Under the pieces are notes generated by a model. That model was given only the letters and a program-made list of their open reading frames with translations. It had not been told where the DNA came from and ran no database searches. 64,000 nucleotides of DNA, taken from the IMG/VR virus record IMGVR_UViG_3300019458_000035, one strand, 5' to 3'. Below, piece after piece: positions 25,602 to 35,602 of the stretch. The position numbers and the translations under genes are program-made. Within the stretch, counting starts at the first letter, position 1. The number at the start of each line of letters is the position of its first letter. Source of the stretch: a virus.

Positions 25602-26606
25602 TTAGATACCGAGCCCAAGGCCACGCTTATCTTCGAAGTTCTTCTTGAATCGCTCAGTGTGGGCGATAAGCTCTTTAATAACATCCGGCACAGTCTTGTC
25701 GTCGAGCTCCGCACGAACAACAACCTCACCCATGTGAGCGACGCTGAAGTTCTCAACTCCCTTAAGTTTCAGGGCTTCTCTCTCGAGGTCGGTGATCTCG
25801 CGCTTAGCGATGAACTTCAAGAGATCACAGCGCTGCTCAAACGAAGGAGGAGCAAGCTGGAGCATGAGGTCAAAGCGACCAGGGCGATCAGCCAAGCTCT
25901 CGAGAAGATTCTCAGGATGGTTGGTTGTAGCCACGATGAAGGTTGGGAGCTTGAAGGTGATACCGACGCCGTCGAGAAGGTTGAGCAAGCCAGAGTCAAC
26001 TGGGCTTGGACCTCTATCGCCGTCACGCTCGCCACCACCGATATCTTCGATGATGAGGACCATGCGGGTGCACTCAGCAGTAGGTTCAGCTGCGATGCTC
26101 AGAAAGCGGGTGATGGAGTCAGCGTCGATCTCCGAGGTTGGCCACACAAGAACAACAGTTCCTGGGTCTTCAACGACGAAGTCGTTACAGAACTTGATGA
26201 TGGCTTGGGTCTTACCCATACCAGGCTTCGAGTATAGAAGCACGGAGCGCTTCTTCTTACGACCAAGGCGCTCATAGACGTGAAGCTTGCCAAAGAACTT
26301 GCGAGCTTCGCCAATGATCTTGGTGGTGTTGTCGATGGAGGTGAGAAGAGGTTCGCCGACGAACTCGGTCTTGGCGGTATTGACGCCGGCAGGAGTTTCA
26401 ACCAAGCGATAGATGCCTGGCTTGATATCTACCTTCTTGTCTTCTTCCGGACGATGATACTTGAGCTGAACGATCTTGTTTTCGTTCTGGAAGCAGAGGT
26501 CAGATTCAGGAAGTCTGATAGTTTGGCCTTCTGCGAGTTCTTCAAAATTAGTGACCTTCTTAACTTCGAAGTAGCCTTCAACGATCTTTTCGTCTTGCTT
26601 AATCAT
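25602..26606 (-). CDS. classic-clade AAA ATPase
   Basis: Walker A GMGKTQ, Walker B LIIEDIGG, second region of homology TTNHPENL...RPGRFD. Confidence 0.7.
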   Translation of the reverse strand: MIKQDEKIVEGYFEVKKVTNFEELAEGQTIRLPESDLCFQNENKIVQLKYHRPEEDKKVDIKPGIYRLVETPAGVNTAKTEFVGEPLLTSIDNTTKIIGEARKFFGKLHVYERLGRKKKRSVLLYSKPGMGKTQAIIKFCNDFVVEDPGTVVLVWPTSEIDADSITRFLSIAAEPTAECTRMVLIIEDIGGGERDGDRGPSPVDSGLLNLLDGVGITFKLPTFIVATTNHPENLLESLADRPGRFDLMLQLAPPSFEQRCDLLKFIAKREITDLEREALKLKGVENFSVAHMGEVVVRAELDDKTVPDVIKELIAHTERFKKNFEDKRGLGLGI

Positions 26607-26868
26607 CTTTACTCCTTAAATACCGTGCACTGTCATAAATTCGTTGTCGACCTCTGGTCTTGTCTTATTAGCTTTCGAGAGACCTTTGTCGACGCTTACG
26701 TACCTGTATCCGCGCTTCATCTGTATCGCAATATTCGCATCTCCGAAAAGATCCATACGTGATCTATACCTAGAGACGAAACGACTACGAACAATATTGT
26801 TATGCTCTAACCCGCCCGTGTAAGAGTGCCATCGTGGGATACGTGCTGCAGTCGGGCGCTTAAATCCT

Positions 26869-27108
26869 CTAGCCACCAAATACCTCACCCCTCCATGAGT
26901 TGACAAGAAATCCGTTAGACGCCTTGTGCTCCTTCGTGGAGGTTCCATAGTGTTTGCCGCTTCGACCTTGTCTACTGTAGTCGATCGGTGATGTATGCAT
27001 AGAGTGAAACTCATCGTGCCAGTAGCTGACACGCGAATCCGTAGTCACCCAGCGCTTACGCTGGATGTTGAACTCGTGCAACGAGACCTTATTTAATCTA
27101 TAGTTCAT
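26869..27108 (-). CDS. hypothetical protein; possibly 5' half of a frameshifted gene continuing into 26616-27032 frame
   Basis: Two overlapping same-strand ORFs (26616-27032 and 26869-27108). Confidence 0.3.
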   Translation of the reverse strand: MNYRLNKVSLHEFNIQRKRWVTTDSRVSYWHDEFHSMHTSPIDYSRQGRSGKHYGTSTKEHKASNGFLVNSWRGEVFGG

Positions 27109-27311
27109 TTGTCGAGTGGTTTGAAGCGAGGAATTTGCTGCTCGTCCATGTCGACATCAGAGGTGAATTCTTTTAACGAGCGAACATAGTACGTGCCATG
27201 TGCTTCGTTCATGTACACTACCGTTGGTTTATTCGTTTCAGAATCTGTCGCAGTGAAAAGCACCACGTAAATTCCTCCTCTATAATGTCGGTAGCGTCCC
27301 GGTTTAATCAT
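27105..27311 (-). CDS. DUF1653-like small protein
   Basis: GRYRHYRGGIYVV...VVY pattern resembles DUF1653 family. Confidence 0.4.
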   Translation of the reverse strand: MIKPGRYRHYRGGIYVVLFTATDSETNKPTVVYMNEAHGTYYVRSLKEFTSDVDMDEQQIPRFKPLDK

Positions 27312-27595
27312 CTATTTGGATTATACTTTTTGAATCTCCGAAGATTTCGCCGTGCGTTCTTCAGGTTCTTCTCAGCTTCATCAAGATTCTTCTTGAGCTG
27401 ACAACTCATACGTCTATAGAGTTCTTGCTTAGTGCTGCCAACAAACCATGGGTCAACTACGTTGTTAAGTCCATCGGTTGTTTCATACCAAGATTCGTGG
27501 GTGGCAACACGGAGACGTAGAGTCGCCTGGGTCATCTCCCATTGATAGGAGTCCCAGATGTAGAAGATCCCTACGTCTCCGTCTTTTTCAACCAT
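27308..27595 (-). CDS. hypothetical protein (95 aa)
   Basis: ORF; start overlaps NAMPT stop by 1 nt. Confidence 0.4.
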   Translation of the reverse strand: MVEKDGDVGIFYIWDSYQWEMTQATLRLRVATHESWYETTDGLNNVVDPWFVGSTKQELYRRMSCQLKKNLDEAEKNLKNARRNLRRFKKYNPNR

Positions 27596-28971
27596 TAGAA
27601 CTCCGAAACGTTACGGCGGATTTCGTCCAGCGTGTATTCCTTAGTGACCTTACCGTTCAGGAAGACGGTCTTCATCACAGAGCCGATAGCTTCCGTGCCG
27701 TTGACAGTCTTGAACTTATCCAAGGACATGACAAGGTCGAGAGTACCGCGCTTGCTCTTCTTTCCTGGGTCGGTGACAGGGTCTTTATAGACGTCAACCG
27801 AATGTCCGTCGACCACAGCGTGCGAGCACTTGAAGGCAAACTTCTGAGTATCGCGGTTAACCTGCTGTAGCAGAGCTCCACCCATGCCGAACGCGATGTT
27901 CGAGGCAGAGTAGCCGTCGCGGGTTGCATATTCAAGGATCTCGCGGATTGAGTCCATGTTGATGCCGTCACCCTGAATAACGCGAACATTGTTTAGAACT
28001 TTGAATCCTTTGTTATTGTAGGTAGCGCCAAACTGTTTCTCAAGGAGTTGAAGCGTCCTGAGCACAACCTCAGCAGGATTTCCAGAGTCCGGGCGTACGA
28101 CAAGAGTTGCTCCGGAGTTAACGACTTCCCCACGTAGTTCTTTGCCCCAGATGTTCTCAACAGCGTTGAATAGATCGTAAGAATCCGATACGCACGCAAA
28201 GAGAGCCCCGGACTTACCATATGATTTGACCATATTTCTATAGGCGTCTGCTTCACGTTCGCGTCCCCACATGGTCATCGTGCTATGCTCCGCTGCAGGG
28301 ATGGAGAAGCCGGCCATGTTATGCTTGTAGTAGTGGTTGGCGTAGCGAACACCAGCGATGGTGTCCGAACCCATGAAATTGATCAAGTGAGCGAACCCGC
28401 CAATGCAGGCAGATTCATAGCTGCTGACACCGCGTGACCCGAAATCGTGCAACTTGAAGTTGATCTCGCCTTGAGGGTCGTCGCTCGACTTCTCAAGATA
28501 TTGAAGGATAAGCTTCTTGATGTGGAAGCTCTGAGTTGCTACGGTGATAGGGTACCACACGCGAAGGAGCAGAGTCTCGAGCCACGATGCAATCCAGAAG
28601 AACTCAGGGTCGGTGGACTCAACGGACGCCAAGATATTGTGGGTTGGGACGACTACGCCTTCAGGTACAGCTCTGATCTTGACAGGGAATGCACCTTTGT
28701 GCTTCTCGTACATGCGTTTCCAGCCGTCGTAGTTGAACGGCTCGCCGTGAGCTTGGGCGAATGCCTTAGCTTCTTCTACATCAGCCATCGTGAACCCCTT
28801 AGCGAGGCGATAGAGGATTGGTTGAAGTCCGGCCATAACCGTGCTTGGGAACTTCCCGCCACGACTCTCGATATAGGAGAACATGTGGGTGGTGTTAGGC
28901 GGATATTGCGTCCAATGCGAGAGCTTGTAGCTATCGGTATCGAGCAGAATGTTATCGTTTAAGTCTTTCAT
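27595..28971 (-). CDS. nadV: nicotinamide phosphoribosyltransferase (NAMPT/NadV)
   Basis: 458 aa; TDSYKLSHW N-terminus, HDFGSRG, AAEHST and GDGINMDSI blocks characteristic of NAMPT. Confidence 0.85.
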   Translation of the reverse strand: MKDLNDNILLDTDSYKLSHWTQYPPNTTHMFSYIESRGGKFPSTVMAGLQPILYRLAKGFTMADVEEAKAFAQAHGEPFNYDGWKRMYEKHKGAFPVKIRAVPEGVVVPTHNILASVESTDPEFFWIASWLETLLLRVWYPITVATQSFHIKKLILQYLEKSSDDPQGEINFKLHDFGSRGVSSYESACIGGFAHLINFMGSDTIAGVRYANHYYKHNMAGFSIPAAEHSTMTMWGREREADAYRNMVKSYGKSGALFACVSDSYDLFNAVENIWGKELRGEVVNSGATLVVRPDSGNPAEVVLRTLQLLEKQFGATYNNKGFKVLNNVRVIQGDGINMDSIREILEYATRDGYSASNIAFGMGGALLQQVNRDTQKFAFKCSHAVVDGHSVDVYKDPVTDPGKKSKRGTLDLVMSLDKFKTVNGTEAIGSVMKTVFLNGKVTKEYTLDEIRRNVSEF

Positions 28972-28996
28972 ATTGTTCCTTTCAGTTAATTCACTA

Positions 28997-29311
28997 TTAA
29001 CCTACGTTGTTAGCAGAGAGCCACTTCTTCACTTCGTCGTGATTGATGTCTACTCCGTTTTCAAAGACCACCAAAGCAGTCCTGAATCCTTTAAATACCT
29101 TGTTCTTATAGATGGGATACTCAAACGTCCTCATCTGTAAGGTTTGCTCACCGGCAGTCTGAGCCATCCAACCTAACGCAAAGCTAAGTTGGTTTCTAAA
29201 CAGCGAAGCCACAACCGACTTCAATCCTACGAACACCAAACGCTTATCGGTGACGTCGAAGTAGTATTGAATGCCAGCAGGAGTATCGTCTTGCTTTCTC
29301 TTCTTACTCAC
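28997..29311 (-). CDS. hypothetical protein (104 aa)
   Basis: ORF between NAMPT and NMNAT genes. Confidence 0.4.
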   Translation of the reverse strand: MSKKRKQDDTPAGIQYYFDVTDKRLVFVGLKSVVASLFRNQLSFALGWMAQTAGEQTLQMRTFEYPIYKNKVFKGFRTALVVFENGVDINHDEVKKWLSANNVG

Positions 29312-29973
29312 CAGCTTACCCTACCGTTCGTGTATACTTGCGTCTGGTAACGCAGTTCATTCTTTGGTTGGCGATGATTCGACTCAGTGACCCTGAGGAA
29401 GTATCTCCACCCGTTATGCGTCGCCCCAGAACCTCTGTGGAACGCTGTTGGCCCGAATGTATAGAACTGATTCGGCTCCACTAATATCGTTTTGGGATTG
29501 AGTTTCTCAATGAGCTGATCATAGTGAAGGTAGATAGGATCTTCGGATCCGTGCTTCGCAATGATTTCCTGTGGAGAAGGTAGTACCACAGAGTCATCCG
29601 CCAGAAACTCAGTTCTAGAGCAATCACCAAGTACCAATAGGTGATGGATAGCCGGAGCTGCCTCATTCACGCCCTCGAGATCTGGTTGGCCATTGGCATA
29701 CTCAGGACGATAGAAGTCGTCGCAGTGCCAACCTGGAATACAAGGGAACATGCCTTTCATAAGCATGTGACTCCTGCTATCAATGCTCACGTACTTGTAT
29801 TTGCCCGTGAGTGGAACCAAAGCTAGAATCCTATTCAGCTCCGCGTTGTCTTGCAGCTTAGCAAACTCTATGCTGCAGCGATACAGCTGCGGCAACTTAG
29901 AGATTTGCACTTCACCTTCAAACTTCACCGTCTTTTTGAGATCGTTCACGAATTGCATTGTAAACTCTCCCAT
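29308..29973 (-). CDS. possible 2OG-Fe(II) oxygenase/cupin-like protein
   Basis: HCDD (HxD) and downstream FHRG His consistent with 2-His-1-carboxylate triad; weak. Confidence 0.35.
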   Translation of the reverse strand: MGEFTMQFVNDLKKTVKFEGEVQISKLPQLYRCSIEFAKLQDNAELNRILALVPLTGKYKYVSIDSRSHMLMKGMFPCIPGWHCDDFYRPEYANGQPDLEGVNEAAPAIHHLLVLGDCSRTEFLADDSVVLPSPQEIIAKHGSEDPIYLHYDQLIEKLNPKTILVEPNQFYTFGPTAFHRGSGATHNGWRYFLRVTESNHRQPKNELRYQTQVYTNGRVSW

Positions 29974-31004
29974 TAAAATTTATGGATAAAGGCTTCAATA
30001 ATGTGAGCGTGATCTTCGTAGAACTCGGGTTCGAGTCTAGCGACATCCATAAGCGGGAGCCAAAAAGCTTGCTCAGCATCGTCGCTAGCTTTAACTTCTG
30101 GTAAGTCTCCGGCTTGAAGTCGAAGGCAGAATGCATGCGTGATAGTGCGTCCTCGCAAAGAGCGGCCCGGATGGTCAAAGACCTTCTTTTCGACGATACT
30201 TGACTGGAGGATCGCATTGTTTACCTTGATGCCAGTTTCTTCTTTGAGCTCTCGGATCGCGGCTGCTTCGAGCGTTTCGCTCTGCTTGATAAAACCGCCA
30301 GGGAGCGCGATGAGTCCTTTACCCGGGTTAAACTTACGTCTAACAACCAGAACATGACCGCTCTGGATGACAACAGCGTCAACCGTGTTGAACGTGACAG
30401 GGAAGGGAACGTTGGCCCACTTCGCTTTGTACGACTCGATGAACGCATATTCCTCTCTCATCAGAGCATAATGATCTGTGTCAGTATAGTTGTCGTCAAG
30501 CCACCTGAGAGAACCTTCAGCCATCAAGCTGCGCCAGTCGGTAGGAGAAGGGTTGTAGTCGAGCGACTCGAACATACCTTTACGAACGTCAGTGGCATTC
30601 ATAGTCTTGTCGGTCTTGGCAGGAATGAAGTCCCATTGAGGGAAGTACTTGATGTAATAGCTTGACCCGTCTTTATACGAGCCGATGAGAGCGATGCTCT
30701 GTTCGCCCTTAGTGATACTGTTAACCGCTTGTTGGATCTGGGTGACCCAAATGTTGTCGCTGTAGTAGTAGTCGCGAGCAGGCATGAAGTGAAGACGCTT
30801 AGTGTCTTCAGGCTTGAAACAAGCCTTGATCATAGCGACGCGCTCGTCGAAGGTCCAGGGGTTCTTGATGTTGCGAGCACAGCGAGCCGACCCAATAACA
30901 ATAATGACTTGCTCAGCTTCAGTGAGAGCTTGTTCGACTACTTGCTTGTGTGCTTGATGAAAGGGCTGAAAGCGTCCGATGAAGACGCAGAATTTGTATT
31001 CCAC
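29973..31004 (-). CDS. nadM: bifunctional NMN adenylyltransferase / Nudix hydrolase (NadM-Nudix, NatV-like)
   Basis: N-terminal FIGRFQPFHQAHKQVV (HxGH nucleotidyltransferase motif), C-terminal Nudix box-like GGFIKQSETLEAAAIRELKEETGI. Confidence 0.8.
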   Translation of the reverse strand: MEYKFCVFIGRFQPFHQAHKQVVEQALTEAEQVIIVIGSARCARNIKNPWTFDERVAMIKACFKPEDTKRLHFMPARDYYYSDNIWVTQIQQAVNSITKGEQSIALIGSYKDGSSYYIKYFPQWDFIPAKTDKTMNATDVRKGMFESLDYNPSPTDWRSLMAEGSLRWLDDNYTDTDHYALMREEYAFIESYKAKWANVPFPVTFNTVDAVVIQSGHVLVVRRKFNPGKGLIALPGGFIKQSETLEAAAIRELKEETGIKVNNAILQSSIVEKKVFDHPGRSLRGRTITHAFCLRLQAGDLPEVKASDDAEQAFWLPLMDVARLEPEFYEDHAHIIEAFIHKF

Positions 31005-31063
31005 GGATCTACTCCTTGTTTATTCGGCCAACTCTCTGTCGGCCTACAAATATCATTGTACCA

Positions 31064-31465
31064 TCAATTAGAATCAGGATCAAGCAAGGTCTGCTCAGTG
31101 AGCCAAGCCACGAAAGCTTCCTGAGTATCCTTACGTACGAACTCCCAACCTTGGTAGGAGCGTTCGTTGATGAACATAAGGTGACCTGAGTTAGGACACA
31201 TGTTGCAAACACCGGGGCTTTCGGTATGCTGCAAGCTAGTTTCCTTGGCCTCATCGTTGTAGTAGTTATTGATGTTGATCATGCGACCCTCAGCGAACCA
31301 GAAGTGATTAGCCTCCATCTGCTCACCAGTATGAGTCTTAGCAACATCCATCACTTGGATGAAGTCAGCGGGACGATCCGGCATCTTGGGTTCGAAGGTC
31401 TTGCCTTTAGTTTCGCCATCGCGGTCGTAAATAATCTCAAACAGGTTCTCTTGATCGTGCATCAT
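31064..31465 (-). CDS. hypothetical protein, tandem paralog family D
   Basis: FWFAEG...CNMCPNSGHLMF...QEAFVAWLTEQTLLD resembles neighbour 31437-31817. Confidence 0.45.
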   Translation of the reverse strand: MMHDQENLFEIIYDRDGETKGKTFEPKMPDRPADFIQVMDVAKTHTGEQMEANHFWFAEGRMININNYYNDEAKETSLQHTESPGVCNMCPNSGHLMFINERSYQGWEFVRKDTQEAFVAWLTEQTLLDPDSN

Positions 31466-31817
31466 CTAGCAGAAACCTTTCTGCAACCCAGTTGTGGTAC
31501 GCTTCTTGAACCCACTTAGGCTGAATATGCCATGATAGTTTGTAAGGATTAAGGGTCATTAACAGACCGGTGCGAGGACAAACATCCATTACCCAGGCTT
31601 CATCATAGCCAACATTATGCGGTCCTTTGTTTTGGTTAGCAGACACCATCTCGTTGAACCAGTACTTAACTCCGTTAGTGCCGATGGTGTCTGGCTTCCG
31701 ATCAGGAACAGGCTTCGTGGCATGGTCCACGAAGGGAGTAGGACGAAGCTCGTGTTCCCAAACGACTTTAAGTGGTTTACGTTTCGACATCGATAATCTC
31801 CACCTTGACAACCTCAT
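31437..31817 (-). CDS. hypothetical protein, tandem paralog family D
   Basis: See 31064-31465. Confidence 0.45.
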   Translation of the reverse strand: MRLSRWRLSMSKRKPLKVVWEHELRPTPFVDHATKPVPDRKPDTIGTNGVKYWFNEMVSANQNKGPHNVGYDEAWVMDVCPRTGLLMTLNPYKLSWHIQPKWVQEAYHNWVAERFLLDDARSREPV

Positions 31818-32163
31818 TGTAGTCGATCCAGTGATCCTCTACGGAGGTAACTGTTGCGTTCTTGTAAGATTGATCATAGTGGTAGACGCCGTTGATGTCT
31901 TGGAAGATGATGCCTTGGTTGCCATTACCGTTGGTTTTCCAGTAGATATGGTTACCAACTACACCGTCCATAACGTCTTGGACGTGAGGAGGGAAGATCT
32001 CGTGGTTGCAACTTACATGCTGATCGATGTTGCCGTAGACAACTTCTTCCGCAATATGTCCCTCTTTGGTGACGTAGCGGATAGTGGCCTTGCGCACGTT
32101 GTACTTACGTACTTCGTACACAAACCTCTCCGACTTAACGACCTTCTTCTTTTTCCAGAACAT
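31777..32163 (-). CDS. hypothetical protein (128 aa)
   Basis: ORF upstream of rtcB. Confidence 0.4.
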   Translation of the reverse strand: MFWKKKKVVKSERFVYEVRKYNVRKATIRYVTKEGHIAEEVVYGNIDQHVSCNHEIFPPHVQDVMDGVVGNHIYWKTNGNGNQGIIFQDINGVYHYDQSYKNATVTSVEDHWIDYNEVVKVEIIDVET

Positions 32164-32164
32164 A

Positions 32165-33370
32165 CTACCCCTTAATGCACATGATTTGTCGAAGCTGCGC
32201 TACAACCTCAACCAGGTCTGTTTGGTTCTGCATCACTTCGTCGATGTCTTTGTAAGCTCCAGGAATCTCGTCGAGAACTCCCTCATCCTTACGACACTCT
32301 ACTCCTGCAGTCTGCTGTTGCAGGTCGTTAATCGTGAATCGTCGTTTAGCTTCTCCGCGAGACATACGGCGTCCTGCTCCATGCGAGCAAGAACAGAAAG
32401 ATTCTTCGTTACCGAGACCACGAACAATATAAGAGCGGGTGCCCATAGAACCAGGGATAATACCAAGATCGTCCACACGCGCCCTGACCGCTCCCTTACG
32501 GGTGATAAGTACGTTCTCGCCATAGTGATTCTCCTTTGCGATATAGTTGTGATGACAGTTTACCTTCATATCAACATTAATCGCATCAGGTTCACCGTGG
32601 ACCGCGTAGCTCAGGTCCTTCAATACTCGAGCCATCATCTCACGTCTGTTCTGGGCCGCATACTCTTGGCACCACTCGACGTCAGCTACGTAGTTCTGAA
32701 ACTCCTGAGTTCCTTGCGCGAAGTAGGCAAGATCAGGATCTGAAAGGTGGATGAACATCTGCTTCATCAAGTCCTTAGCCTTGTCCATATGGCGTTCAGC
32801 CACGACCTTGCCGAGGTTACGAGAACCAGAGTGTAGCATCACCCACACAGCATTGTTGGTATCGATGCAGATCTCGATGAAGTGATTGCCTCCGCCAAGA
32901 GAACCGATTTGGCTCTTTGCACGCTTGAACATCTCAGCGGTATCTTTGCCCTTATGGCCGATGACCGAAAGATCTTCCCAGTTACCCCACTGTTTCCAGT
33001 TTTCAACTGAAGTTGTAATCTTGTTGTTAGAGTCCATGCCAACAGGAATGGAGCGCTCGATGCTCAACCTAATCGCAGTGATCTTGTCCTGCACGACCTT
33101 AGGATCAAGGTCGGTGCGAGCAGCCATCATGCCACATCCGATGTCGACCCCAACAGCTGCTGGGCAGACCGCACCTTTAGTAGCGATAACACTTCCAACA
33201 GTTGCACCTTTGCCAAGGTGCACATCCGGCATGGCGGCAACGTGCTTGAACACGAAAGGGAGGTTTGCCGTATTAGTAAGCTGGTCAATTGCTGCGGATT
33301 CAACGGACGAAAGGTCCGACCAGATCTTAATTGGTATACTTGCTTTGCTCACTACGCCTTTGATTGGCAT
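32165..33370 (-). CDS. rtcB: RtcB-family RNA 3'-phosphate ligase
   Basis: 401 aa; DIGCGM, GSRNLG, CHHNY, GSMG...Y, SCSHGAGR metal/GTP-binding His/Cys blocks of RtcB. Confidence 0.85.
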   Translation of the reverse strand: MPIKGVVSKASIPIKIWSDLSSVESAAIDQLTNTANLPFVFKHVAAMPDVHLGKGATVGSVIATKGAVCPAAVGVDIGCGMMAARTDLDPKVVQDKITAIRLSIERSIPVGMDSNNKITTSVENWKQWGNWEDLSVIGHKGKDTAEMFKRAKSQIGSLGGGNHFIEICIDTNNAVWVMLHSGSRNLGKVVAERHMDKAKDLMKQMFIHLSDPDLAYFAQGTQEFQNYVADVEWCQEYAAQNRREMMARVLKDLSYAVHGEPDAINVDMKVNCHHNYIAKENHYGENVLITRKGAVRARVDDLGIIPGSMGTRSYIVRGLGNEESFCSCSHGAGRRMSRGEAKRRFTINDLQQQTAGVECRKDEGVLDEIPGAYKDIDEVMQNQTDLVEVVAQLRQIMCIKG

Positions 33371-33371
33371 G

Positions 33372-33803
33372 TTATTTTCCCTTTACTTTGTTCAGCATGC
33401 GAATTGCAGTACTAGAGATATGTACCAATTCGCGGTCAGCGACCACATAGTAGGTGGGCACTTCGATGCCAAGGTCTTCATTCCAGTACTGCTGGGTGAT
33501 TTCGTAACGTAAGTCTTGCTCGTGCCGCAAGCCCTTGATGACAGCGTGCGCGCCAAGCAGTGTCACTTGATCTGACAATAGACCGGAGAACTCAATAAAC
33601 TCCACGTTAGGGTTATCGAACTCCAACGCCGGCAGACGATCAAACACAGTCTCAAACGCAGTCGTACCCTTAACTGTATCCTTCTCAGGATTGAAGCCTC
33701 GGGCCACATAGATCTTGTCGAAGACCATGAGCGCCTTGTTCAAAACGTCCTCGTGACCCTTATGCCAAGGATTAAAGCTGCCTGGGTAGATAGCGATTTT
33801 CAT
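33372..33803 (-). CDS. coaD: phosphopantetheine adenylyltransferase-like nucleotidyltransferase (CoaD family)
   Basis: AIYPGSFNPWHKGHEDV (T/HxGH), VIKGLRHEQDLRYE, ISSTAIR align with E. coli PPAT blocks. Confidence 0.65.
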   Translation of the reverse strand: MKIAIYPGSFNPWHKGHEDVLNKALMVFDKIYVARGFNPEKDTVKGTTAFETVFDRLPALEFDNPNVEFIEFSGLLSDQVTLLGAHAVIKGLRHEQDLRYEITQQYWNEDLGIEVPTYYVVADRELVHISSTAIRMLNKVKGK

Positions 33804-34247
33804 TTAAACTCCCGCGAAGAAAAGAACAACGATGGTGATCATGTGCAGAAGCTGATCAAGGCCGATAGTTGCATAGAACCAATGATCTTCCCAGTATTGC
33901 CATGTATTGGCTTCGTGGTCGTATTGCTGCTCACGCTGTGCTTCAGTGAACCATGCAGCAACACCTTCTTTTTTGGCGAAGGTTTGTTCAAGCTTAGCCA
34001 CTGAGCGCTTAATGCGAACATATACAGACAACTTATAAAGTCGCCAAATATGCCAGTCAATCGCGCCGTGAACCAGAGTATTTAATAGAGCAAATTTCCA
34101 GCCGTAAAGCAGAAAGCATGCAAACTGTATTGCTAAGTGAGCGAGTAGCCACTTAGGCTCTGAAGACTTCTTCTTTCCCATCTCTCGAGACTGTAGAAGA
34201 AAGTCTGCTACAAAGTGTGTAACTAACATGGCAATAAGAGTCCACAT
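33804..34247 (-). CDS. membrane protein (147 aa, ~4 TM)
   Basis: Hydrophobic helices. Confidence 0.45.
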   Translation of the reverse strand: MWTLIAMLVTHFVADFLLQSREMGKKKSSEPKWLLAHLAIQFACFLLYGWKFALLNTLVHGAIDWHIWRLYKLSVYVRIKRSVAKLEQTFAKKEGVAAWFTEAQREQQYDHEANTWQYWEDHWFYATIGLDQLLHMITIVVLFFAGV

Positions 34248-34266
34248 AGAGTCTCCTAAAACTTCT

Positions 34267-34629
34267 TTAAGATCTTGCTGTATCCCTTACCAATCCTAAT
34301 TTCAAGGAGATGCCGTCGTGGTGATCATACGCGTACATTTCCTTGATAGTCTTATTGAGATTAAGTTTCTTGAAATCGATGCCATATTTATCATCGTCTC
34401 GTTCAGCATAGTCGTTCATGAAGCACGAGCTGTAATAAACAGCATCTTCTGGGTATTTGTGCTTGGAATAACCTCTGCGGTCGAGGGTACGAAAAAGTTG
34501 GCAACCAGCGTCGATGTTTCCGAATATCAACTTCACCCGCCCATAGCGACGAGCTGCCCAAGCAATATATTTACGTTGATTCTTTTTCGTCATACACTTC
34601 CCCCATAAGTTGGGCCACCATCTTGTCAC
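34267..34629 (-). CDS. hypothetical protein (120 aa)
   Basis: ORF. Confidence 0.4.
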   Translation of the reverse strand: MTRWWPNLWGKCMTKKNQRKYIAWAARRYGRVKLIFGNIDAGCQLFRTLDRRGYSKHKYPEDAVYYSSCFMNDYAERDDDKYGIDFKKLNLNKTIKEMYAYDHHDGISLKLGLVRDTARS

Positions 34630-35029
34630 GGTTCTTCGACGGAAGTTTATCTTTCTTGCCGCTTAAAAGAGTGCGAGCAGCATTGAGGCGACGATAGACG
34701 TCTTTGAGACGCGGAAGGTCCTCTTCAGACTTGATGAGGACATAGGCATCGAAGGTTCCCATCCCACCAGGATAAACTGCCATCGGCTGTCCGATCTCGT
34801 CGAACTCAGCAATCTTGAAGTCTTCGTCGGTTGACTCCATTATCTTAGCTTCTTCGTGGATGTCACCGTACCAAGACACTTTTAGCTTGTATTCACCGAA
34901 CATAGAGCGAGCACGACTGCGCTTTTCTTCTGCCTGAATCTCTTTCAGACGAGCAGAGAGGTCACTATACTCTTTTTGAACTTCCATGATACGAGACTGG
35001 ATTTCCTGCTTAGTGAGGGTTTCACTCAT
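34571..35029 (-). CDS. hypothetical protein (152 aa)
   Basis: ORF preceded by variant motif TTCCGAAACAA. Confidence 0.4.
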   Translation of the reverse strand: MSETLTKQEIQSRIMEVQKEYSDLSARLKEIQAEEKRSRARSMFGEYKLKVSWYGDIHEEAKIMESTDEDFKIAEFDEIGQPMAVYPGGMGTFDAYVLIKSEEDLPRLKDVYRRLNAARTLLSGKKDKLPSKNRDKMVAQLMGEVYDEKEST

Positions 35030-35220
35030 TGGGACCCCTAAAGGGAATTATTTCGATGTGGTTTATTTGTTTCGGAATTTGGTTGCGGAGTCAACACTCG
35101 CAGTTGACGTTATCGTGGTTATGAGCCACGCGAGACACTATTTCTCCATCCCCGCTATAGAACCTAGGGTGTGAGGAACTTGACTACAAGTTCGGGCGCT
35201 GGGAGCGCGTCAACCCTCGA

Positions 35221-35595
35221 TTAGGTAGACTCACACATTTCCACAACGGCTTTTAACTCGTCGGGAAGAATATCCTTATTTATACCAGACTTATCTTGCT
35301 TTGCAGGCTTTTCTTTGGCCGGCGTGGCAGATTTTGCAACACCACCGTTGAGCTCAGGCGCCTTCTTAAGGTGATTCATGACCATGGAGCGCGCGTAAGT
35401 GTTTACTTCTGCAGTGTTATTTAGGTCCTTACCGTACTTGATAGTACCGGCCAAGATGCCAGCGGCGACTGCTCCCTTAAGGTCTTCAAGCTGAGTGGCA
35501 TTAAGTACTGCCAACGCGTTATCCTTGAACTGGACAAACGTTGGAAATGCAGCCATGAAATACTGAATAACAGCTTCTTTTTGCCCCAAGACCAT
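35221..35595 (-). CDS. hypothetical protein (124 aa)
   Basis: ORF. Confidence 0.4.
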   Translation of the reverse strand: MVLGQKEAVIQYFMAAFPTFVQFKDNALAVLNATQLEDLKGAVAAGILAGTIKYGKDLNNTAEVNTYARSMVMNHLKKAPELNGGVAKSATPAKEKPAKQDKSGINKDILPDELKAVVEMCEST

Positions 35596-35602
35596 AGCTA
35601 CC

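Noticed and set aside
33372-33803. Second NMN adenylyltransferase
   Set aside because: Although a (T/H)xGH nucleotidyltransferase, the block order (AIYPGSFNP.HKGH, IKGLR...EYE, ISST.IR) matches PPAT/CoaD more closely than NadD/NadM.
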